A stretch of 64,000 nt of DNA from Lutibacter sp. GTDB taxonomy: Bacteria; Bacteroidota; Bacteroidia; Flavobacteriales; Flavobacteriaceae. Each line of letters opens with the position of its first letter. The first letter of the stretch is position 1. Of the stretch, positions 29,731 through 37,362 are shown piece after piece. The translations under genes and the position numbers were made by a program. Where the stretch lies: assembly GCA_036568005.1 (NCBI GenBank), contig DATCTJ010000026.1, positions 4,142-68,141 of the forward strand, read 5' to 3'. The notes beneath the pieces were generated by a model that did no database searches, was not told the DNA's origin, and was given only the letters and a program-made list of their open reading frames with translations.

Positions 29731-30297
29731 TTAGGTGCCGTTAAAGGTGTTCATGGTGTTGTTTATTCCTGCAGTTCCGAAGGATTTAATAAGCTCTGCG
29801 GATTTATCTAAACGTTCTGGGAGGGATTTCAACTCATTTTTATCCCACTCGCCCAAAACAAAATCTACCTGACGGCCTTTTAAAAATTCGGAACCTACAC
29901 CAAACCTAAATCGCGCATATTCCTTAGTTTGTAGGACGGCAGTAATGTCTTTTAAACCATTATGCCCACCGTCGCTTCCCTTTGCTTTTAAGCGAATAAC
30001 GCCAAAATCCAGGTTTAAATCGTCGCAGATAACCAATAAATTTTCTATGGCAATGTTTTCTTTGGCGAGCCAATATTTAATGGCTTTACCGCTTAAATTC
30101 ATATAAGTTGATGGTTTTAGCAGGATAAAAGTTCTTCCTTTAAATTTAAAGGTGGCTATGGCACCCAGTTTTTCACTTTTAAAAGAAACAGCTTCTTTTG
30201 ATGCAATTTCATCTAAAATTTTAAAACCTATATTATGACGGGTCGCCGCATATTTTTCTCCAATATTTCCCAAACCAACAATTAAATATTTTTTCAT
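29731..30297 (-). CDS. pth: Peptidyl-tRNA hydrolase
   Basis: MKKYLIVGLGNIGEKYAATRHNIGF and GSDGGHNGLKD motifs. Start set at the ATG at 30297 rather than the 22-codon extension. Confidence 0.9.
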   Translation of the reverse strand: MKKYLIVGLGNIGEKYAATRHNIGFKILDEIASKEAVSFKSEKLGAIATFKFKGRTFILLKPSTYMNLSGKAIKYWLAKENIAIENLLVICDDLNLDFGVIRLKAKGSDGGHNGLKDITAVLQTKEYARFRFGVGSEFLKGRQVDFVLGEWDKNELKSLPERLDKSAELIKSFGTAGINNTMNTFNGT

Positions 30298-30446
30298 AGG
30301 ATGTTGTGCTGTGGCTTCCTTTTTTGTACCAAACAATAATTTTATGAATCTTTTTAAAGGCATCCTACAAAAGTAATAAAAAGAATGCGGTTAATTTAAA
30401 TGAAAAAAGCGCTGCTATTGCAACGCTTTTCCACTTAATAAAAAGT

Positions 30447-31037
30447 TTATTTTTTAACTTTAGCAGCTTCTTCTGCAGTAGCAGTTTTAGCAACATTACG
30501 CGAAGTTCTAACTTGGGCAACTACGGTATTTTCAGGGTGTAATATACTGTAGTTTTTATTAGACAATTCTGTAACGTATAATTTATCTCCGATGTCTAAT
30601 TTTGAGATGTCGGCATCAATAAAGTCTGGCAAATCTTTAGGTAAAGCTCTAACGTTTAATTTTCGTTGGGCAAATCGCAATGAACCACCTTTAATAATAC
30701 CAGGTGCTGTACCTAGTAACTGTACAGGAATTGCCAATGTTACCATTTTATCGTCAAATAACTGATAAAAATCGATGTGTAAAATTTTGTCAGATACCGG
30801 GTGAAACTGAATGTCTTGCAAAATTGCATTGTATTTGTTCCCATCAAATTCAATCTTAGCAGTATAAACGTTTGGAGTATACACTAAGTTTTTGAATGCT
30901 GTTTCATCTGCTGAAAAGTGTAATGCTTTGTCTCCTCCGTATAATACGCAAGGAACCTTTCCAGCATTACGTAAGGCTTTAGTAGCTACTTTGCCTACGC
31001 TTTCTCTTTTAGATCCTTTGATTGTAATTGATTTCAT
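30447..31037 (-). CDS. rplY: 50S ribosomal protein L25 / general stress protein Ctc
   Basis: N-terminal [24 protein letters not shown] and the pth-rplY-prs synteny. Confidence 0.9.
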   Translation of the reverse strand: MKSITIKGSKRESVGKVATKALRNAGKVPCVLYGGDKALHFSADETAFKNLVYTPNVYTAKIEFDGNKYNAILQDIQFHPVSDKILHIDFYQLFDDKMVTLAIPVQLLGTAPGIIKGGSLRFAQRKLNVRALPKDLPDFIDADISKLDIGDKLYVTELSNKNYSILHPENTVVAQVRTSRNVAKTATAEEAAKVKK

Positions 31038-31058
31038 TTATTTATATTTAATTATTAT

Positions 31059-32000
31059 TTACATTAAAAATTGTCCGCTTATGGATGTGTTGTTCTGTAC
31101 TTTGTGCATAACATCCGCGAATAAAGGGGCGCAAGATACAACTTTTATTTTAGAACTTTCTCTTTTTAAAGGAATTGTATCTGAAACAATTAACTCTGTT
31201 AATTTAGAGTTTTCAATTCGTTCATATGCGTTTCCTGATAAAATAGGATGTGTGCAAATTGCACGTACGCTTAAGGCGCCTTTTTCCATCATTACATCGG
31301 CTGCTTTGGCTAGGGTTCCGCCTGTGTCAACCATATCATCCACAATAATCACGTGGCGGTCTTTTACTTCGCCAATTAATTCCATGGAATCAATTTCATT
31401 TGCTTTTATACGTTGTTTATAGCAAATGACAACATCACTTTGTAAAAATTTAGAGTAGGCATAAGCGCGTTTAGACCCGCCCATATCAGGTGAGGCAATG
31501 GTTAAGTTTTGTAGGTTTAATGAATGGATATAAGGTAAAAATATGGTTGAAGCAAACAAATGGTCTACGGGTTTTTCAAAGAATCCCTGAATTTGATCTG
31601 CATGCAAATCCATGGTTATAATTCTTGTTGCACCTGCTGTTTGCAAAAGGTTCGCCACTAATTTTGCGCCAATTGCAACACGAGGCTGATCTTTTCTGTC
31701 TTGTCGCGCCCACCCAAAATAAGGAATAACGGCTGTGACGTGACGTGCTGACGCTCGTTTTGCAGCGTCGAGCATTAAAAGCATTTCCATTAAATTATCG
31801 GAATTCGGAAAAGTTGAACCCACAATAAAAATTCGCCTTCCTCTAACCGATTCAACAAATGCAGGCTGAAATTCTCCATCGCTAAACCTTGTTACCACAA
31901 CGTTTCCTAGGGGAGTTCCGTAATGTTTGGCAATGTTTTTAGCCAATTCTTTGCTTTGAGTACAGGCGAAAATTTTAGGTTCGAGATTAGGGATGTCCAT
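31059..32000 (-). CDS. prs: Ribose-phosphate pyrophosphokinase
   Basis: Motifs FSDGEF, ARQDRK, DLHADQIQGFF and the PRPP loop VIIVDDMVDTGGT. Start at the ATG at 32000 (MDIPNLEPKIF). Confidence 0.9.
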   Translation of the reverse strand: MDIPNLEPKIFACTQSKELAKNIAKHYGTPLGNVVVTRFSDGEFQPAFVESVRGRRIFIVGSTFPNSDNLMEMLLMLDAAKRASARHVTAVIPYFGWARQDRKDQPRVAIGAKLVANLLQTAGATRIITMDLHADQIQGFFEKPVDHLFASTIFLPYIHSLNLQNLTIASPDMGGSKRAYAYSKFLQSDVVICYKQRIKANEIDSMELIGEVKDRHVIIVDDMVDTGGTLAKAADVMMEKGALSVRAICTHPILSGNAYERIENSKLTELIVSDTIPLKRESSKIKVVSCAPLFADVMHKVQNNTSISGQFLM

Positions 32001-32111
32001 TTTTAAGCGGTGTTTTATTTGTGTTGTTGGATTTAGATGCAAATTTAAAATTATTTAAGTGGTAATACTATAACTAAGTGAAGTTTTTGTGTTTTAGTTG
32101 AAAAATATTTT

Positions 32112-32119
32112 TAAATTTG
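32112..32119 (+). promoter_or_regulatory. Candidate Bacteroidota -7 promoter box TAAATTTG
   Basis: Exact match to TAnnTTTG, 16 nt upstream of the first (truncated) tRNA copy. Confidence 0.4.
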
Positions 32120-32134
32120 CACTCCGATACATTT

Positions 32135-32186
32135 GCCTCGATGGCGGAATTGGTAGACCTGTCTGCCGACAGGCAGGCGCGCTGGA
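32135..32186 (+). pseudogene. Dead 5' fragment of tRNA-Leu(CAA): nt 1-24, a 20-nt palindromic insert, then nt 25-32
   Basis: 32135-32158 and 32179-32186 are identical to 32446-32477. The intervening CTGTCTGCCGACAGGCAGGC is absent from the intact tRNA. Confidence 0.85.
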
Positions 32187-32196
32187 ATGAAAAAGT

Positions 32197-32445
32197 ATGT
32201 TTTATGTATATGCAATATCAAGTTTATCACATAATTATATTTATGTAGGATTGACACAAGACGTTGATGAAAGGATAAAAAGACATAATGGCGGTAGAGA
32301 AAGAACTACAAAATTTTATAAACCTTTTGAATTAATTTTTTCAGAGGTTTGTGAAACAAGAATTGAAGCTCGATTTCGTGAAAAGTATTGGAAATCTAGC
32401 ATAGGAAAAGAAAAGTTAAGAATTTTAAGGAATTCTTTAAAATAG
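32197..32445 (+). CDS. GIY-YIG nuclease family protein (YhbQ/UPF0213-like, 82 aa)
   Basis: FYVYAI ... YIYVGLT ... ERIKRHNGG ... EARFREKYWK matches the GIY / YIG / Arg / Glu core of GIY-YIG domains. Confidence 0.85.
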   Translation: MFYVYAISSLSHNYIYVGLTQDVDERIKRHNGGRERTTKFYKPFELIFSEVCETRIEARFREKYWKSSIGKEKLRILRNSLK

Positions 32446-32529
32446 GCCTCGATGGCGGAATTGGTAGACGCGCTGGATTCAAAATCCAGTTTTCGCAAGG
32501 AAGTGTGGGTTCGATTCCCACTCGAGGTA
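32446..32529 (+). tRNA. tRNA-Leu (anticodon CAA), class II with long variable arm, no encoded CCA
   Basis: Manual fold: acceptor GCCTCGA/TCGAGGT, anticodon stem CTGGA/TCCAG with loop TTCAAAA, variable arm TTTC-GCAA-GGAA, T arm GTGGG-TTCGATT-CCCAC, discriminator A. Confidence 0.9.
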
Positions 32530-32533
32530 CTAA

Positions 32534-32567
32534 AAAACCCTGTTAGTCAACTGACTAACAGGGTTTT
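32534..32567. terminator. Bidirectional terminator between tRNA-Leu and the convergent nfnB-like gene
   Basis: AAAACCCTGTTAGTC / GACTAACAGGGTTTT, a 15-bp perfect stem with A/T runs on both sides. Confidence 0.75.
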
Positions 32568-32621
32568 AATTTTAAATTATGTTATTTTTTTATCTAACCA
32601 ATAAAAAAGTTTGAAATATAA

Positions 32622-34115
32622 TTAAATTTCAGCCAAAACGGTTGCTTGCGCATATTTATGCATTCCTTGTCCAGCTTTTCTTCCATCGCCCATAGCAAGA
32701 ATAACTGTTGCGCCACCTCTTACAATATCGCCTCCGGCAAAAAGACCAGGAATTGAAGTCATCATATTCTCATCAACTTTAATAGTATTCCATTTGGTTG
32801 TTTCAAGTTCGGGCATGCTTTGTTGTATAATTGGATTTGGAGAAACACCAACTGCTATAACCACACTGTCAACATCGATATCGTATTCAGAACCTTCAAT
32901 AGCAACTGGTCGTCTTCTGCCAGATGCATCAGGTTCTCCCAACTCCATTTTTTGCACCCTCATTTTATTTACTTTACCTTTTTCATCGGCAAAATATTCA
33001 ATTGGCGAGGCAAGGTTTATAAATTCAATCCCTTCTTCGATGGCATGTTTTATTTCTTCGGCTCTTGCTGGCATTTCTTCCATAGAGCGTCTGTACATAA
33101 TAATGGCTCTTTCTGCACCCATACGTTTAGCGGTTCTTACAGAGTCCATCGCCGTATTTCCACCACCAATAATTACCACATTTTTTCCGGTATGAACTGG
33201 CGTGTCAAAATTAGCGTCAGCTCCACTCATTAAATTTACACGAGTCAAAAATTCGTTGGCACTTTGAATTCCGCTAAAATTTTCACCTGGAATGTTCATA
33301 AAATTAGGCAATCCGGCACCACTCGCAATAAAAAAGGCAACATATCCTTCTTCCTTTAGATCAGCAATAGAAGCGGTTTTTCCCACAATAAAATTGGTGA
33401 TAAATTTTACGCCCATATCTTTGATGCTGTTAATTTCATAATCAACAATTGATTTTGGAAGACGAAATTCAGGTATTCCATATTTTAAAACACCGCCAAG
33501 ATCATGCAAGGCTTCAAAAACAGTAACGTCATAACCAAACTTTGCCAATTCACCAGCTACAGTCAATCCTGCTGGACCTGAACCTATTACTCCCATTTTA
33601 ATTCCGTTTGGCTCAGCCATAGCTGGAATAGTTGAAGGCCCATGTTCACGTGCATAATCAGCAACAAATCTTTCAAGATAGCCAATTGCAGCGCCTTCTT
33701 TATTTAGTTTTTTAACATAAAAACACTGTGCTTCGCATTGAATTTCCTGTGGGCAAACCCTACCGCAAATTGCCGGTAAGGAATTGTTTTCTTTGAGAAC
33801 TTCTGCGGCACCTAGTACGTCTCCAGCTTCAAGGTATTTTATAAATTTCGGAATGTTGGTGCCTACTGGGCAACCAATAATACAAGTTGGTACAGCACAA
33901 TCCAGACAACGATGAGATTCAGCAAGCGCCATCTCCAAGGTTAAGCCTTCATTTACTTCAAGATTGCTTTTATTTCTTACGTTTGGATCAGCTTCGGGCA
34001 TATGAACCCTGTTAATACCAGTTCGCTCTTTGGCTTTAATTTCTTTGCGTAACTTATCGCGCCACTCAGTTTTTCGCTCGGCTTTATAATATTCTTCGTT
34101 TAATACTTCTTCCAT
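32622..34115 (-). CDS. GltD-like NADPH-dependent oxidoreductase, large subunit of an NfnAB/SudAB-type pair
   Basis: N-terminal Cys clusters (CLDCAVPTCIIGCP, CGRVCPQEIQCEAQC) and two dinucleotide-binding folds (GVIGSGPAGL, VVIIGGGNTAMD). Confidence 0.85.
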   Translation of the reverse strand: MEEVLNEEYYKAERKTEWRDKLRKEIKAKERTGINRVHMPEADPNVRNKSNLEVNEGLTLEMALAESHRCLDCAVPTCIIGCPVGTNIPKFIKYLEAGDVLGAAEVLKENNSLPAICGRVCPQEIQCEAQCFYVKKLNKEGAAIGYLERFVADYAREHGPSTIPAMAEPNGIKMGVIGSGPAGLTVAGELAKFGYDVTVFEALHDLGGVLKYGIPEFRLPKSIVDYEINSIKDMGVKFITNFIVGKTASIADLKEEGYVAFFIASGAGLPNFMNIPGENFSGIQSANEFLTRVNLMSGADANFDTPVHTGKNVVIIGGGNTAMDSVRTAKRMGAERAIIMYRRSMEEMPARAEEIKHAIEEGIEFINLASPIEYFADEKGKVNKMRVQKMELGEPDASGRRRPVAIEGSEYDIDVDSVVIAVGVSPNPIIQQSMPELETTKWNTIKVDENMMTSIPGLFAGGDIVRGGATVILAMGDGRKAGQGMHKYAQATVLAEI

Positions 34116-34148
34116 TTTACGAATATTTTATGAGATATAAATTTTCAG

Positions 34149-34991
34149 TTAGTTTAGTGCTGTAGCTTCACAAGATTTTACGTACTCGATATAGTTTTCT
34201 GATTCTTTTTCTTTGTAAGCACCTAACCTGCTTAGCATTTCATCAAAATTAACTTTATGGGCGTCAAATTCCGGTCCGTCAACACAAACAAATTCTGTTT
34301 TCCCACCTACAGAAACTCTGCATGCGCCACACATTCCAGTGCCATCAACCATAATGGTGTTTAAACTTGCCATGGTAGGAATGTCGTATTTTTTTGTGGT
34401 TAAAGCGGCGAATTTCATCATTACGGCCGGGCCAATTATTATGGCTTGATTTACTTTTTCTCTTAAAATGACTTCTTCCATTCCCTGAGTTACCAAACCT
34501 TTTGTTCCTTTTGAGCCATCATCGGTCATCACAATAAGTTCATCTGAGTACTCACTCATTTCATCTTCAAGAATAACCAGATCTTTATTTCTGGCAGCAA
34601 TAATGGTAATAACCCTGTTGCCAGCCAACTTCATCGCTTGAACGATTGGGAAAAGAGGAGCGACACCAACACCGCCACCAGCACATAAAACGGTTCCTAC
34701 ATTAGAAATATGCGTTGCTTTTCCAAGCGGTCCCACTACATCCAATATAAAATCACCGGCATTCATGTCGCAAAGTTTATGCGATGAAACGCCAACCCTT
34801 TGTACAATTAAGGAAATTGTGCCTTTTTCTACATCGGCATCTGAAATTGTTAGGGGGATTCTTTCGCCATTTTTATCGATTCTTAAGATGATAAAGTGTC
34901 CGGCTCTTCTGCTTTTGGCAATATAAGGGGCTTCAATAACCAATCTTGCCACATTTTCTGAGAGAAATTTTTTTTCGATAATTTTAAACAT
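34149..34991 (-). CDS. Ferredoxin-NADP reductase-like FAD/NAD-binding small subunit with a C-terminal 2Fe-2S site (NfnA/SudB-like)
   Basis: RAGHFI, PLTISD, GGGVGVAP, and C-terminal CGACRV ... CVDGPEF. Confidence 0.85.
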   Translation of the reverse strand: MFKIIEKKFLSENVARLVIEAPYIAKSRRAGHFIILRIDKNGERIPLTISDADVEKGTISLIVQRVGVSSHKLCDMNAGDFILDVVGPLGKATHISNVGTVLCAGGGVGVAPLFPIVQAMKLAGNRVITIIAARNKDLVILEDEMSEYSDELIVMTDDGSKGTKGLVTQGMEEVILREKVNQAIIIGPAVMMKFAALTTKKYDIPTMASLNTIMVDGTGMCGACRVSVGGKTEFVCVDGPEFDAHKVNFDEMLSRLGAYKEKESENYIEYVKSCEATALN

Positions 34992-35250
34992 AATCTATTT
35001 TAAAATTGTTATGATTTTAAGAAGAAATGTGCAATAATTAATAAGTAATTTTAATGCACTATTTCTAATGCAAATTTATTAAAAATAACTGAAACAAATA
35101 GCTATAATAACACATTAAATTATGATATTATCAAGAAAATCCACTTTTGAGTGTTGATATTATTATGATATTTATCATATAATGAGTAATTAATAACAAA
35201 TAGTGATTTGAAAAAAGAGCTCGAAAATAATTTGAACGGTAAAAAACATA

Positions 35251-35290
35251 AAAAAACCGTAAAAACTAAATTTAGTTTTACGGTTTTTTT
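35251..35290 (-). terminator. Terminator downstream of the 4-repeat lipoprotein gene (symmetrical, could act in both directions)
   Basis: CCGTAAAAACT / AGTTTTACGG stem (one bulge) flanked by A7 and T7 runs. Confidence 0.65.
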
Positions 35291-35321
35291 CTAAGATGAA
35301 AATTTATTTATTTCGAATTTG

Positions 35322-37298
35322 TTATTCCCACTTCAAATCATCAATATAATAAATGTCACTTGCCGTTCCGTCTGATGCTCCTCCATTGAAAAATAAGACT
35401 ATTTTTTTATGATTTGCCGCAGCTTGGTCACTAAAATCGAAGGTATATTCCGTCCAGGCATTTGAGGTAGTAATAGCTCCCCAAACTTCTTTGGCACCAG
35501 AAGTTCCTCCTTCTAATTTGGCCAATAAAGGCACTGCTTTTGAAGACCATATCTTAATTTTCAGTTTATTTTTTGTCGACAAATTAATTGCGGCTCCAAG
35601 ATCAAACACTAAAGCATCCCAGGCATCTGTGCCATTATCAATTACTTTTAAAACAGCATTACTTGTATTAATACCTGTTTTTGAAGGATTCGTAACAATT
35701 TCTGTTGTGATACAGCATACCACCGCATAATTTTGTTGACATTCAAAATTATTTACAATGCTTAAATCTGGAATCACACCAGCACAAGGATCATATGCCG
35801 CAAACCTGATGTCATCAATATAATAAACATCTGATGCGGTTCCGTCATTTTGTCCACCGTTGAAAAATAGCACTATTTTTTGATGGTTTGCAGTAGCCTG
35901 ATCACTAAAATCAAAGACGTACTCTGTCCAGATTCCCGTTTCAGTAATTGCGCCCCAAACTTCTTTAGCTCCTGAAGTTCCTCCTTCTAATTTAGCCAAT
36001 AAAGGTACTGCCCTCGTTGATAATATTTTAATTCTCAGGTAGTTTTTTGTTGACAAATCTATTGATCCGCCAAAATCAAATACCAAAGCATCCCAGGCAT
36101 CGGTGCCATTATCTGTTACTTTTAGTACTGAATCACTTGTATTTATGCCACTTGGATCTGGATTTTCAACAATTGAATTGGTTATATATCCTGGAATGGT
36201 TGAATTTTGCTGACAATTAAAATCGTTTATAATACTTGGGTCTTTAATTACACCATTACAAGGATCTGTAACTTCCCCAAATTTTAAGTCATCTATATAA
36301 TAAACATCTTCGCCATTTGTGTCAACTCCTGCATTAAAGAAAAGCACTAATTTTTGATGATTTGCATTGGCCTCACTGCTGAAATCAAATGAATATTCTT
36401 TCCATTCTCCAGTAGTTGTAATATTGACATCTTTTTCAATTCCGGCTGATGTGCCGCCTTCCAGTTTTGCTTTTAAAACACCTTCAACTGGTGCAAGCAC
36501 TTTTATTTTGAAGGTATTGTGCGTGGTTAAATTTATTGGCGCACCAAAATCAATAATTACAGCATCCCATGCCCCTGTTTCATCAACATATTTTCCTGAG
36601 AATTTACTACCGTTTATGTTATTTTTGTTAGGTGTTGCGGTAAGTTCTACTTCAGGTACATCCTGATTTTGCTGACAGTCAAAATCATTTATGATATTTA
36701 AATCCTCTGCAACACCAGCACAAGGATCTATTGAAGTATCCCATCTTAAATCATCAATATAATATACATCAGCACCACTTGTATCAGCACCAGCATTAAA
36801 AAATAACACCAATTTTTGATGATTTTGATTGAACTGACTACTGAAATCGAAAGAATATTCCACCCAATTGGTTGTGTTTGAAATGGTGGCATCAACCTCT
36901 ATTCCTCCAGAAGTACCACCTTCCAGTTTTGCTTTTAAAGTACCTGCAACATTTGTTTGCACCTTGATTTTAAAAGTGTTTTTTGTTGAAAGATTTATAG
37001 GAGCACCATAATCTATAATTAATGCATCCCAAGCACCTGAAGGATCTATGTATTTTCCAACAAATCTACTCGTGTTGAGACCTGACCAATCTGGATTATA
37101 AACAGCTTCAACATCTGGAAGAATCATATTATCCTGACATTCAAAATCGTTGATAATGGAAGGATCGGCAGTTTCCGGAGTTTCACATGGTACAGATTCA
37201 ATTATTGGATAATAAGTGTCTTCGTTGCATGATGCCATACTTATTATCAACAGCATAACAAGCAATAAATTAGTTGGTTTAAATTTGAAAGTTTTCAT
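35322..37298 (-). CDS. Surface lipoprotein made of four tandem ~155-aa CBM-like beta-sandwich repeats (candidate surface glycan-binding protein of the PUL)
   Basis: Lipobox IISMAS-C. There are four colinear repeats, each with DPC-x-GV ... IINDF-x-CQQN ... AWDA ... FG ... INL-x-TKN ... KAKLEGGTS-G ... W-x-EY-x-FDFS ... NH-x-K-x-VLFFN-x-G ... YYIDD. Confidence 0.7.
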   Translation of the reverse strand: MKTFKFKPTNLLLVMLLIISMASCNEDTYYPIIESVPCETPETADPSIINDFECQDNMILPDVEAVYNPDWSGLNTSRFVGKYIDPSGAWDALIIDYGAPINLSTKNTFKIKVQTNVAGTLKAKLEGGTSGGIEVDATISNTTNWVEYSFDFSSQFNQNHQKLVLFFNAGADTSGADVYYIDDLRWDTSIDPCAGVAEDLNIINDFDCQQNQDVPEVELTATPNKNNINGSKFSGKYVDETGAWDAVIIDFGAPINLTTHNTFKIKVLAPVEGVLKAKLEGGTSAGIEKDVNITTTGEWKEYSFDFSSEANANHQKLVLFFNAGVDTNGEDVYYIDDLKFGEVTDPCNGVIKDPSIINDFNCQQNSTIPGYITNSIVENPDPSGINTSDSVLKVTDNGTDAWDALVFDFGGSIDLSTKNYLRIKILSTRAVPLLAKLEGGTSGAKEVWGAITETGIWTEYVFDFSDQATANHQKIVLFFNGGQNDGTASDVYYIDDIRFAAYDPCAGVIPDLSIVNNFECQQNYAVVCCITTEIVTNPSKTGINTSNAVLKVIDNGTDAWDALVFDLGAAINLSTKNKLKIKIWSSKAVPLLAKLEGGTSGAKEVWGAITTSNAWTEYTFDFSDQAAANHKKIVLFFNGGASDGTASDIYYIDDLKWE

Positions 37299-37362
37299 AA
37301 AGTTCTGTTTTTGTTATCGTTAAAACTGCTATTTTGGATTTGATTTATGTATTTATAATTTT

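Noticed and set aside
29596-29811. 71-aa plus-strand ORF in the queD-pth gap
   Set aside because: It reads through the all-G/C hairpin and into the 3' end of pth on the opposite strand. No coding character.
30892-31422. 176-aa plus-strand ORF
   Set aside because: It spans the rplY/prs junction antisense to two strongly supported genes and has no motifs.
32135-32529. Group I or other intron interrupting tRNA-Leu at the anticodon loop
   Set aside because: The downstream tRNA copy (32446-32529) is complete and folds without any interruption. The structure is therefore a duplication flanking a cassette, not an intron. I see no group I core (P3-P7-like) elements in the 259-nt unique part, which is fully occupied by the ORF.
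32794-33233. 133-aa and 137-aa plus-strand ORFs
   Set aside because: Both are antisense to the well-supported GltD/NfnB-like gene.
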